From Picochlorum sp. SENEW3 (taxonomy: Eukaryota): 64,000 bases of DNA. A program made the position numbers and the translations under genes. Location: contig CP120454.1 of NCBI GenBank assembly GCA_034226945.1, forward strand, positions 248,001 through 312,000. The letters are read 5' to 3'. Position 1 is the stretch's first letter; every line of letters begins with the position of its first letter. The notes beneath the pieces are model-generated. The model saw nothing but the letters and a program-made list of their open reading frames with translations. It had not been told where the DNA came from and ran no database searches. Positions 55,366 through 64,000 of the stretch are shown here, piece by piece.

Positions 55366-56154
55366 TCACGCAGCAGCCTGCCATACGCAGTGATCTTTCG
55401 CACCAATTCTACATAAAACTCTTGTGATGTGAGTGTTCCACACGAGACGGTGCAACAGTGTGGAGCATGCTGATAGCGCTTCCTTCAACCTCCCCGTGGC
55501 CGAGTTCCCTAGACACCATGCAATAGAAACGTGTATATCTGGGTTATCATAATACTTTGGGAGCCCGTGTCGAATAAAAACACGCGAGACGGATTCAATC
55601 ATGTCCTCAACCATCCCACCAGGGTCTGTCACATGCAATGCAACGAATGTTCTGGTACCATCCTCGTTCACCAAGACCTTGGCAGCCCCTCCAATTCGTA
55701 GATGAAGCGCTCTTTTCTTCTTCCTGAAAGCTGCCTTCAGTTCTCTCAGCAATGACTCCATCTGTACACTGGTGATGGGAACAGTCTTTGACAGACTCAC
55801 ATGGAGGCACATTGTTTCTCTGTTTTTCGACGCACGAGTACCGCTCTCAATAGGATGCATACGGGACTGAGGATCTACATGAGTGGATAGATGCGATTGA
55901 AATGCATCGTATGTTTTTCTCACACGCTCAGAATCTGGCAAGGCTATTTCTAAAAACACGTGCGTTGCATATTGGCCTTCAACGTGAGGAAATGAGCGCG
56001 TCCTACCTTGGTGGACATCTGTTTTTCCTGCATCTTTCGTAGTTATTGTAGCCTCTGAATCGGCATGACATGATGCCGTTTCAGTCTTCGCGGAAACTGG
56101 GGCATTCCGTTCCTCTTCAGCACTGTCGCTGCTATATTCAGCAATGTAGTCCAT
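55366..56154 (-). CDS. USB1: U6 snRNA phosphodiesterase USB1 (2H family)
   Basis: Motifs HQGRTRSFPHVEG.YATHV, LHVSLS and HVSIAW. Confidence 0.92.
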   Translation of the reverse strand: MDYIAEYSSDSAEEERNAPVSAKTETASCHADSEATITTKDAGKTDVHQGRTRSFPHVEGQYATHVFLEIALPDSERVRKTYDAFQSHLSTHVDPQSRMHPIESGTRASKNRETMCLHVSLSKTVPITSVQMESLLRELKAAFRKKKRALHLRIGGAAKVLVNEDGTRTFVALHVTDPGGMVEDMIESVSRVFIRHGLPKYYDNPDIHVSIAWCLGNSATGRLKEALSACSTLLHRLVWNTHITRVLCRIGAKDHCVWQAAA

Positions 56155-56280
56155 GCATTGACACCGACATTACATACAGAAATATCTAATGAAATCCCAT
56201 ATACAGAAAGAAGACTATCTCAGCTATTGTTTGACGCTTGTTTTTGAAAAATCGTTCTCTTCCCTAAATAAAATAAAATA

Positions 56281-56311
56281 GCGCATGCGCGCATGCCATA
56301 TGGCATGCATG
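56281..56311. repeat. Cluster of interlocking CATG-rich palindromes upstream of USB1
   Basis: GCGCATGCGC 56281-90, GCATGCGCGCATGC 56283-96, GCATGCCATATGGCATGC 56291-56308 (18 bp) and CATGCATG 56304-11. Confidence 0.92.
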
Positions 56312-56407
56312 ATCGCATCTTGTTCGTTTTTCAGCCTCATAGGAAAACCTGGCCAGCCAGTATCTCACAATGACTGGCTGTACCACAGTATATTTTCGCT
56401 GCGATAA

Positions 56408-57220
56408 TCACTTGTTGGGAGAAGAGTACTCGAGTGGAGCTCCATAGCTTAATTTGATCGTTCCGTCCTTGTACAATTGTTCAGGAGCCACAGTTGTCTG
56501 GTACTGTGCCTGACTTTCATCATCCACAGAATACACAGCACCTTGGCGGACACCCTTGTCATCCGTTCTCTTCACGAAAATCTTCTCATGCGGCTTTGCA
56601 GCCCCACTTGGAGGAAAATCGAATGGTGTATGATTGTCAATTTGTGGTGCGGGATTCGCAGGGTAATAATTGCATGGGACTTCTCTATACTTGAGTTTCA
56701 TGCTGCCAAAGTCCTTCTTGCCGAGGCGCTCATACGCCCAGACACTTAAATCACCATGCATTTCTCCTGCTCCCTGATCCTGGCAGCACCAACGCTTATT
56801 CGAGTATGCATTCGACGGGTACTCGCATGGGCATGTGTCTACAACTCTCACCACCAGGGTTTTGGACTCATCATAGCATGCCCCTGATCTCTCCTGATAT
56901 TGACCATATCCGTCTGTAAATGATTCACTCGTGCAGCCTACTTCAAAACACTTGCCGCATGAGTTTGAGTATTCAGGGCTCAAGTCACTCACAGCAATCA
57001 CGTCAAAGCCTGGGTAGATGTCCCTGAACTGGTATCCCAAACCGCAGCTCCCTCGATGAATTGACCAACCATCGGCACCAAAATATGTTGCACGACCAGA
57101 TTTCCATGGACCCATGCTATTGTCATCAGCAGAAGCTATTCCGAAGGACCACAGGGACAGGATAAAGTAGATGGCCGAGAGCCAACTGCCGCTGAGGTGG
57201 GTAGCGCCATGCAAATTCAT
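56408..57220 (-). CDS. Secreted expansin-like (DPBB domain) protein
   Basis: Signal peptide, then GRATYFG, GSCG, SCGKCFEVGC, VVDTCP, WC, HGDLS and YREVPC. Confidence 0.85.
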   Translation of the reverse strand: MNLHGATHLSGSWLSAIYFILSLWSFGIASADDNSMGPWKSGRATYFGADGWSIHRGSCGLGYQFRDIYPGFDVIAVSDLSPEYSNSCGKCFEVGCTSESFTDGYGQYQERSGACYDESKTLVVRVVDTCPCEYPSNAYSNKRWCCQDQGAGEMHGDLSVWAYERLGKKDFGSMKLKYREVPCNYYPANPAPQIDNHTPFDFPPSGAAKPHEKIFVKRTDDKGVRQGAVYSVDDESQAQYQTTVAPEQLYKDGTIKLSYGAPLEYSSPNK

Positions 57221-57554
57221 GATGTGCAATGATGCCTCCTTTCACTGAGTAATACCGGAATAAGTGCGCAAAGATATTTGAAATGATTACATATACAATC
57301 AATACTAGGTCATCGCCGCCTATTTCTGTCATTTCTTTGAAGTACGAACAATTGTCAGACTGTCTTACGTGCCACGAGGGTAGACGTCTGACACACAGGG
57401 TTGCGTGCGGGGAGGTGCCCTGTACATGTCGCACAGGGAGGTGGTTGTGACAGGTGGCAAAAGATGAGGGCATGTGAGCCCGTCGAGAATACAAACTCTG
57501 TACAGCCTGTATATTACTAGTACATTGAATGACACAGAATTATAGATTTTATCA

Positions 57555-60167
57555 TTATTCATCACCGAAAATGGCATCAAGGATTCCTTGAGAACCGGTG
57601 GTGGAGGGGATGGAGGCCAAGTACGCTTCTCCTGGATGGGCATCTGCAGAGGAAGGCTGTGCAGAGGCACATCGTTCAATGTGCTCCTGCCATTTCTTCC
57701 GTTCTTCTTCGGAGGTAATTTCTTTCTCTAGGACTTGTTCTATGTCTACTGGGGCTTCCTGGGCTTGGCCCTGGGAGCCTCCAAACATTTGGCCCAAGAG
57801 GGGTCCAGCAGAATTCAAGAGTGCACCCAGGTTGCCTGCATCTCCAGAAGAGCCACTGCGTCGAGCAGAGCTTGCGGATCCGGCCAGCTGCCCTAGAATG
57901 TTCTGCATACTTGATCCAGAAGCTGGAGTTGGCTTTCTGGACTCTTGGCTTCCTTCCTCCTTCTTGCCAGCTACCTTTCTTCGTTTCAGACCTCCACCTA
58001 GACCGACTGGCTTTTTGGCATTCTTCTTTGATGCCGGTCCCATGGAAGACGATTCTCCGCGCTCTTTGATTGCTTCTTCTTCCTTTTTGTCTATTTTCTC
58101 TTCCTCTTTCTCTGCCAGCGGCGCCTGCTCATCATTATTGACCGGCTGCGGCTCTTCTGTAGCCACAGCTGGTGGGGGGACAGCAGTCGCTGTGTCCTGT
58201 GGAGGTGTCACAGTATCATCGTCGCGTGATGGCTCCTCTGTTGCAGCTTCCTGAGAAGCTGTATTCATCATCTGTGCAAACCTCTGTCTCAGAACATTCC
58301 CGACTTCATTCATGATTTCAGGAAGGGCAACACTGATCATGGTGTTCAAGGACTGACTGGAAGCATCCTGGTTTCCAGTACTACGAAGTTGCGCTGCTGC
58401 TGCTGACAAGCCGCGTCTGATAGCCTCTCTGATCTCATTTAATATCTCATTGATATCAGTTGAGGCAATACCACGCAAAGCAGAAGAAAATATGTTGGCT
58501 AGATTCTGCCCACCTTGCGATCCACCAAGGCTGCCTAATATCTCCTCTACTTGAGGAATAGCTCGTCGTATTTCCTCAGCAGCAGATGGTGTTGCCTGGG
58601 CGCTGTCCTGTGAGTTAGGCTGTGTTCCGGCGCCCTGTGCTGGCCTTTGAGGAGGAGCCCTCATGCCTGGGAATGAACCCCCCATGCGGACATGCACCCT
58701 TGGATGGACATGAAATTGCGGGGCATTCGGTGTGTTTCCTTGCTGCTGAGCACCAGGTGCCCCTCCTTGCTGTTGAGCCTCCGCATCTGTAGCATTACCA
58801 GGTGGTCGAATGGGTATTCCCATTGGAACAGCCATGGATACAACACCTGCCATGGACGTCGATGTTGGTACTCCCCCTGTAATCTCAGGAACCAGACTCA
58901 TGACGCGATGGGCTTCCATATTGTGCAAAATCCCAACATTGGGGCGTGGCAAGTCATCCTCCATTTGAATATACCCTGGATACAGCTGAAGGAAGAAGAG
59001 ATTGTTGTCGGTAAGAGCAGAGACCAGGTATGCCATGGACCTCCCCAATTCTGCTCCAGACACTGCAAGACGAGTCAAATATCCTCCCACGAGCCGTATC
59101 TGACGAACAGTCTCTTCATGATTTGATATAGAAGACATACTACGCAATCTTTCTGCAGTCCTCAAAACTGTAGTAAGGATCCCTGATGGTGCCTCTGTCT
59201 GCCCAAGAACCCGCATGAATCGCTGTGTAAGGACACCAACTGTCACGGCTGCCACAACAATCAAATCCTCGTGAGAGATGTTCTGAACCCATTCTGAAGA
59301 TGTATTATTATCTTCATCCTCATCATCATCATCTCCATTCATCCCATGAACAGGAAAACTCTGCACACCCAAGGGAAGAGGGTCCTGACCCGCAGCCACC
59401 AAAGCCCTATTCACAACTTGCCTGGTCTCTCTATTCAATCCAGCATCGCCTTGCGTCAGCACGGACCGACAAGCTTGCAAAAACTGGGTCACAGCAGCAG
59501 CGAATTCTCTCGAATGTTGTTGGTCCCGAAACAGCTCCACAGATGTTTCTTGCACAGCAGGTACTCTATCCTCACGAGTATCCTCCTCCTCCAAACGGAT
59601 CAGCATTTGATTCAGAGCATCAAACGCTGACCCCAGCCTCATATTACCCTCTTCATCAAGAGAAGGTACCCTTCCCGACAATAAACTGCCCCCAATGGGA
59701 TCCGTCACCTGACTCATTCTCGAACGAAACGCGCCATCATCAAGATTCACTGCTGTAAATGGCCCAGCCACACCCGCCTGACCATTCAAATTCTGCTGCA
59801 AAGATTCCGCAAAGGAGGCTATTGAATCCGCCAATCCCGGAGGAAGCATTCCAGTCGCATCAAACCCAGGCAGCCCTTGCTCTTCCTGCTGCTGCTGCTG
59901 CCCCCCAGGCGATTGCCCAGGTGGAGGAGGAGCCACCCTTGTCACCATGTGCAACACCACATTCTCCTCCCAACCAAGCGACTCCGCAGTCGCTTCCTCA
60001 TCCGTCAGCTCCCTTCCTCTATGCAACAAACGCTGCCTCTGCGCAGGAATACCAGTCAGCTCTTCCAAACGACCCTTCAACACGCCCACAACACCCTGCT
60101 CACTTCTGTCCACCACGACAGCATGTGTCCCAGCCTCCACAGTACGAACCACCACTCGACACGACAT
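57555..60167 (-). CDS. N-terminal ubiquitin-like domain protein (BAG6/CIP73-like)
   Basis: N-terminal UBL (LKGRLEELTGIPAQRQRLLHRGREL.D...VLHMV) followed by long low-complexity and helical regions. Confidence 0.75.
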   Translation of the reverse strand: MSCRVVVRTVEAGTHAVVVDRSEQGVVGVLKGRLEELTGIPAQRQRLLHRGRELTDEEATAESLGWEENVVLHMVTRVAPPPPGQSPGGQQQQQEEQGLPGFDATGMLPPGLADSIASFAESLQQNLNGQAGVAGPFTAVNLDDGAFRSRMSQVTDPIGGSLLSGRVPSLDEEGNMRLGSAFDALNQMLIRLEEEDTREDRVPAVQETSVELFRDQQHSREFAAAVTQFLQACRSVLTQGDAGLNRETRQVVNRALVAAGQDPLPLGVQSFPVHGMNGDDDDEDEDNNTSSEWVQNISHEDLIVVAAVTVGVLTQRFMRVLGQTEAPSGILTTVLRTAERLRSMSSISNHEETVRQIRLVGGYLTRLAVSGAELGRSMAYLVSALTDNNLFFLQLYPGYIQMEDDLPRPNVGILHNMEAHRVMSLVPEITGGVPTSTSMAGVVSMAVPMGIPIRPPGNATDAEAQQQGGAPGAQQQGNTPNAPQFHVHPRVHVRMGGSFPGMRAPPQRPAQGAGTQPNSQDSAQATPSAAEEIRRAIPQVEEILGSLGGSQGGQNLANIFSSALRGIASTDINEILNEIREAIRRGLSAAAAQLRSTGNQDASSQSLNTMISVALPEIMNEVGNVLRQRFAQMMNTASQEAATEEPSRDDDTVTPPQDTATAVPPPAVATEEPQPVNNDEQAPLAEKEEEKIDKKEEEAIKERGESSSMGPASKKNAKKPVGLGGGLKRRKVAGKKEEGSQESRKPTPASGSSMQNILGQLAGSASSARRSGSSGDAGNLGALLNSAGPLLGQMFGGSQGQAQEAPVDIEQVLEKEITSEEERKKWQEHIERCASAQPSSADAHPGEAYLASIPSTTGSQGILDAIFGDE

Positions 60168-60510
60168 ACTATAATATCACTAATACAAGACTATAGCTAC
60201 CAAGATACCTTTCCTCGCCTTCGCTGTGTGCTCTCGAAGTTTCCAAAGTGGACTGATTCGATCCTACTTGAAATCTGTGCCCTATTTCCGACCGCTGCAA
60301 TCCAAAAGAATCTTTTCTTGTCTATATATACTAAATATCTGGCATTATTTATGTCAACAAAGGCTGACAAAGGAATCTAATGGCAGATCTCTAAAAAGAG
60401 AGATCTGGTTGAATCTGACACCCTCATCTCAGAGGTCTGAGCCAACAGCAAAACACCAATGTGGCTACGGCGGCACTTGTCATATAATTACATACATTAT
60501 ATATTCAAGA

Positions 60511-61614
60511 ATGATGGCCCATAGCATTCATGGTGGCTATGCCTCGGCTGTGGGAGTACGGAGGAAAAGCACTTTGACAAAGACTTTGAATAGCTCTCGC
60601 CTTATGACACGCCATTGTCCCGAAAGAGTGAATGCCGCAAGAGTGAATGCCGCAATTGGTAGTGAAGCATCTCAGCAGGAAGAGGAGGAGGAGGTGACTA
60701 TTCGAAGGCGTCCTCCTGAGGGATTGGATACACAGGCGTGCGGTCCTGTGGATTTCAAGGTTCCTAGCTCCGATGAAAACAAGCCTAGGAATATATTGGA
60801 GGAGATTGTCTGGTACAAGGCGGTGGAGATTCAAAGGATGAGGCAAAGGGTGCCCTTGGCCATGCTTATTGGTCAGGCGAAGAATGCGCCTTCAGCGAGA
60901 GATTTTATCGGTGCATTGAAGCAAAAAGCCCAGGAAACAAAGAGGCCGGGGTTGATTGCAGAGGTGAAGAAGGCGTCTCCCTCAAAGGGCGTCATTCAGC
61001 CTAATTTCGACCCAGTGAAGATTGCTCAGGCATATGAGGCTGGAGGTGCAGCCTGCTTGTCTGTTCTGACTGATTCCAAGTTTTTCCAAGGAGGATTTGA
61101 AAATCTTCAGAAGATTAGATCGGCTGGTGTCTCGTGCCCATTGCTGTGCAAAGAGTTTATTGTTGAGGCATACCAAGTATTCAAAGCGCGTGCAAGTGGT
61201 GCTGATGCTATTCTGTTGATTACAGCTGTTCTTCCAAACTCCGACATGGAGTATCTGATCAAGTCTGCTCGCAGTGTGGGACTGCAATGCCTCATAGAGG
61301 TTCACACTGTTGGTGAGTTGGAGAGAGTATTGAAGATTAAGGACCTTGATGGGTGCATGCTTGGCATCAATAATAGAGATTTGCAGACATTCAAAGTGGA
61401 TTTGGGCAATACAGAGACCATTATGTCGAGCGACGCTGGAAAAGAGGTGTTGGACAGGGGAATGATCATGGCATCAGAGAGTGGAATTTTTGTCCATGAG
61501 GATGTGGCACGGGTGCAACAGGCTGGCTGTGATGTCATCTTGGTGGGTGAGAGTTTAGTGAAGCAGGGTGACCCCAAGGCTGGAACAGAAGAGCTGTTGC
61601 GGGTTGGAAAATAA
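60511..61614 (+). CDS. trpC: Indole-3-glycerol phosphate synthase, plastid-targeted
   Basis: Motifs PRNILEEIVW, IAEVKKASPSKG, SVLTD.KFFQG, LCKEFI, GINNRDL, SESGI and LVGESL. Confidence 0.97.
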   Translation: MMAHSIHGGYASAVGVRRKSTLTKTLNSSRLMTRHCPERVNAARVNAAIGSEASQQEEEEEVTIRRRPPEGLDTQACGPVDFKVPSSDENKPRNILEEIVWYKAVEIQRMRQRVPLAMLIGQAKNAPSARDFIGALKQKAQETKRPGLIAEVKKASPSKGVIQPNFDPVKIAQAYEAGGAACLSVLTDSKFFQGGFENLQKIRSAGVSCPLLCKEFIVEAYQVFKARASGADAILLITAVLPNSDMEYLIKSARSVGLQCLIEVHTVGELERVLKIKDLDGCMLGINNRDLQTFKVDLGNTETIMSSDAGKEVLDRGMIMASESGIFVHEDVARVQQAGCDVILVGESLVKQGDPKAGTEELLRVGK

Positions 61615-61996
61615 TCCTGTTGAATACATTTGCGCCTCATGTAACCATAGCACAGAACCTGTAGAGCACAAACAACAAGATGGGAATTGCCTACCGTCAA
61701 CCCTCATCTTTGATGGGGCGTACTCCGCCGTCGAGCATCCGTCTTTATTTGTCTCGTCATGCTGTTCTTGTGCGGGCTCAGTACACCATCCCGAGGTCAG
61801 AATATATACATTTAGTAACAGTGTAAACTGTAAGGTGCGTAAACCATGCCGTCAGAATAGGCGTGCATACCGCCTGGTTGGAATTGCGGCTGCGACGAAT
61901 GGCTGTTCTGAACGAGTCTTTTGTTTGCGATGTAAAAGCTAGCATGACATATAATTATTTAAAATTGCAGGTTAGAGAAGGAATATAAATACAAAG

Positions 61997-62470
61997 ATGG
62001 TGCAGGTTGTTCGCCGCGGTGGTTCTGCCCCAAAGAAGGCAAAGAAGACTTTGACCTTCCACATCGATTGCTCCAGACCAGTCGAGGACAGTATTATGGA
62101 AATTGCTGCCTTTGAAAAGTTCTTAACTGATAAGATCAAGGTTGAAGGAAAGACTGGTACGTGTGACTCGTGAAAGCATGGAAGACGATGTCGGCCGAGT
62201 TCATGTGCGGATTCTGACACGGATGATTTGATTCTTGTAGGTGTGTTGGGGGATAATGTCAAGGTAACCAGAGATAAGACGAGAATCACTGTGACGAGCG
62301 AGGTGCCAATGTCCAAGAGATACCTCAAGTACCTTACAAAGAAGTTCCTGAAGAAGCATAATGTCAGAGATTGGCTCCGTGTGATTGCATCCAACAAGGA
62401 TAGATCAGTATACGAGTTGAGATACTTTAACATTGCTGATCAGGCAGAGGATGAGGAGGATGAAGAGTAA
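61997..62470 (+). CDS. RPL22: 60S ribosomal protein eL22; 2 coding exons, ~129 aa
   Basis: Exon 1 is 61997-62156 ([11 protein letters not shown]...IKVEGKT), phase-1 intron 62157-62240, exon 2 contains [24 protein letters not shown]. Confidence 0.96.
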
Positions 62471-62607
62471 ATATGCGTATATATTTGTTTGTAACACACA
62501 ACTAGAAGAAGAAATGCATCCTCATTGATTGGCTCTACTCTTTACGTGTACATATATTCAATGTAGTATACAGAGCCGACAAAAACGTTCGTCAATACTG
62601 TTCTTTC

Positions 62608-64000
62608 CTAAATCTTCACTGCAATTTTGGCCAAAATTCTCTTCCCATGTGGCGTGCCTCGCAGTGCCGGAAGATGTGGGCGAATGGCGTCAATCAAATC
62701 TGCGTGGACGTCCCCACTCGAGACATTAAGAGCGCTTTGTATCACATAGTTTCCATATGGATCTTGTAGCAACTGCCCAAGGTTGGGTGACTGCAGCAAT
62801 TCTTTCACAACTTCTTCTCTGGCCTTGTTGAGACCGGATCCTCCCAATTTCAGGCATTTTTCCACAACGTTAGAGGAGAATTTCTGGGTAGATAATAATG
62901 CATAATGACCTGTCAATTGTTTCATGACGAGCATGGAAGATTCCGCGTGCCCAAGTTCTAGAATGTACTGCACTACATAGTTTCCGAACGGGTCCTGAGA
63001 CAAGGGCAAGGAATGGACTGAAATTTTTTCAATAATGGCCTTTCTCTGCTGATTTGTTGAAAAGTCGATACAACGCTGTAGTACACAGCATCCATGGCGA
63101 TGGGTGGCAATGTTGAGACAATCTTCTGATGCTGCATCGTAAATAAACTGTGCTTCAGATGGCCCCAGTCGTTGCAGACATCTCTGTATGACATGATTGC
63201 CATTCAGATCTCGTATCAAATCGACTACATTAGTAGACAGGGCATCTACAACCAGTTCTATCTGCTCTCGCGTTGTCAATGTTTCGATCAGTTTCTGGAC
63301 GGCCCTAGTTCCATGTGTATTTAATGATGCTGATGCCAAACCTCCATCCACAGTTGCTGCTTGCAACACTTGCAGCCGTTGTTCTTCACTACACCGATCT
63401 AAAAGTTTTTGAATAAGGTAGTTACCAAATGGATCCTTCATAAGCTGAAGAATGTTTTCTTGGATTTCCTCAAACACAACATCAATAGCAGCAGCACCTC
63501 CCTCATCAAACTTCTTCTGCAAGAAACGACACCCTGCTTGATCCTGGGCGACTTCAGCAACTTTCCCTTTAACTTCTGATAAATTTTCGTATTTGTAAGC
63601 CTGCCCATCGGCTTCGTCACCCAATGGTCCCAACACACCAGATCCTCCTAATTGCCTGCCTCCAGAAGATTTACTTCTTCTCGGCTCATCGCGAACCTTG
63701 CTTCGATTTCTATTTCTATCTTCTCGATAATTATTTCCCTGAGACCGATTGGATCGTCGCATATCTTGAGCATCAGCATATCCTGGACCTCGCTTTCCTC
63801 TCATTGCAGCCTGATTTGACATGGCTGCCATGGCCGCTGCCGCTGCTGCCGCTGCCGCCTGATTACTCTGAAGGATTGCTGGATTCAAAGCTGCCATCTG
63901 TGCAGCGGCCAATGCAGTATGATTTTGATTCAATCCTGCAATTAAGGGATTAGCTCCATAGTCCATCCCAGGAATGCTGGCATACAACTGCTGCTGCTGC
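62608..64000 (-). CDS. Pumilio/PUF RNA-binding protein (5' end outside the window)
   Basis: Eight PUF repeats (DQAGCRFLQ, DPFGNYLIQ, HGTRAVQ, NGNHVIQ, HGCCVLQ, FGNYVVQ, FSSNVVE, YGNYVIQ). The frame stays open to the window end. Confidence 0.95.
   Translation of the reverse strand, partial: QQQQLYASIPGMDYGANPLIAGLNQNHTALAAAQMAALNPAILQSNQAAAAAAAAAMAAMSNQAAMRGKRGPGYADAQDMRRSNRSQGNNYREDRNRNRSKVRDEPRRSKSSGGRQLGGSGVLGPLGDEADGQAYKYENLSEVKGKVAEVAQDQAGCRFLQKKFDEGGAAAIDVVFEEIQENILQLMKDPFGNYLIQKLLDRCSEEQRLQVLQAATVDGGLASASLNTHGTRAVQKLIETLTTREQIELVVDALSTNVVDLIRDLNGNHVIQRCLQRLGPSEAQFIYDAASEDCLNIATHRHGCCVLQRCIDFSTNQQRKAIIEKISVHSLPLSQDPFGNYVVQYILELGHAESSMLVMKQLTGHYALLSTQKFSSNVVEKCLKLGGSGLNKAREEVVKELLQSPNLGQLLQDPYGNYVIQSALNVSSGDVHADLIDAIRPHLPALRGTPHGKRILAKIAVKI

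Noticed and set aside
57598..58254. 218-aa plus-strand ORF
   Set aside because: Antisense shadow of the low-complexity region of the UBL protein.
60624..60655. 15-bp tandem duplication (RVNAARVNAA) in trpC
   Set aside because: Ordinary slippage in a transit peptide.
62157..62240. Box C/D snoRNA in the RPL22 intron
   Set aside because: A D box (CTGA) and terminal stem are present, but there is no convincing RTGATGA C box. Kept only as a generic structure candidate.

Overview
Very compact, gene-dense eukaryotic nuclear DNA from a photosynthetic green alga. A Picochlorum-like trebouxiophyte is the best inference, from short 66-104 nt GT-AG introns, TGTAA-type poly(A) signals, plastid-targeted ALB3, DGD and TrpC, and a plant-type mitochondrial ATP synthase subunit f. 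About 33 protein-coding genes are supported, and several ORFs in the supplied track are exons that I joined by checking splice sites and phase. They include RME-8/GRV2, a gamma-tubulin complex subunit, PP2C, TPP2, APC6, ALB3, ADP/ATP carrier, DGDG synthase, ABC1 kinase, RNase Z, RER1, USB1, an expansin-like protein, IGPS, RPL22 and a Pumilio protein cut by the window end. I recognised no rRNA, tRNA, CRISPR array or transposase. The most unusual observations are: (1) a chain of interlocking perfect 12-14 bp palindromes with about 10-bp spacing at 37058-37150, with similar clusters upstream of several other genes; (2) a roughly 8-TM + PH + TKL-kinase protein; (3) an RNase Z that lacks the tRNA-binding flexible arm but carries a SAP domain; (4) probable pseudo-enzymes (a rhomboid and a thioredoxin); (5) tandem and convergent genes only 9-90 bp apart. 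All family assignments come from motif recognition by eye; no database searches were run.
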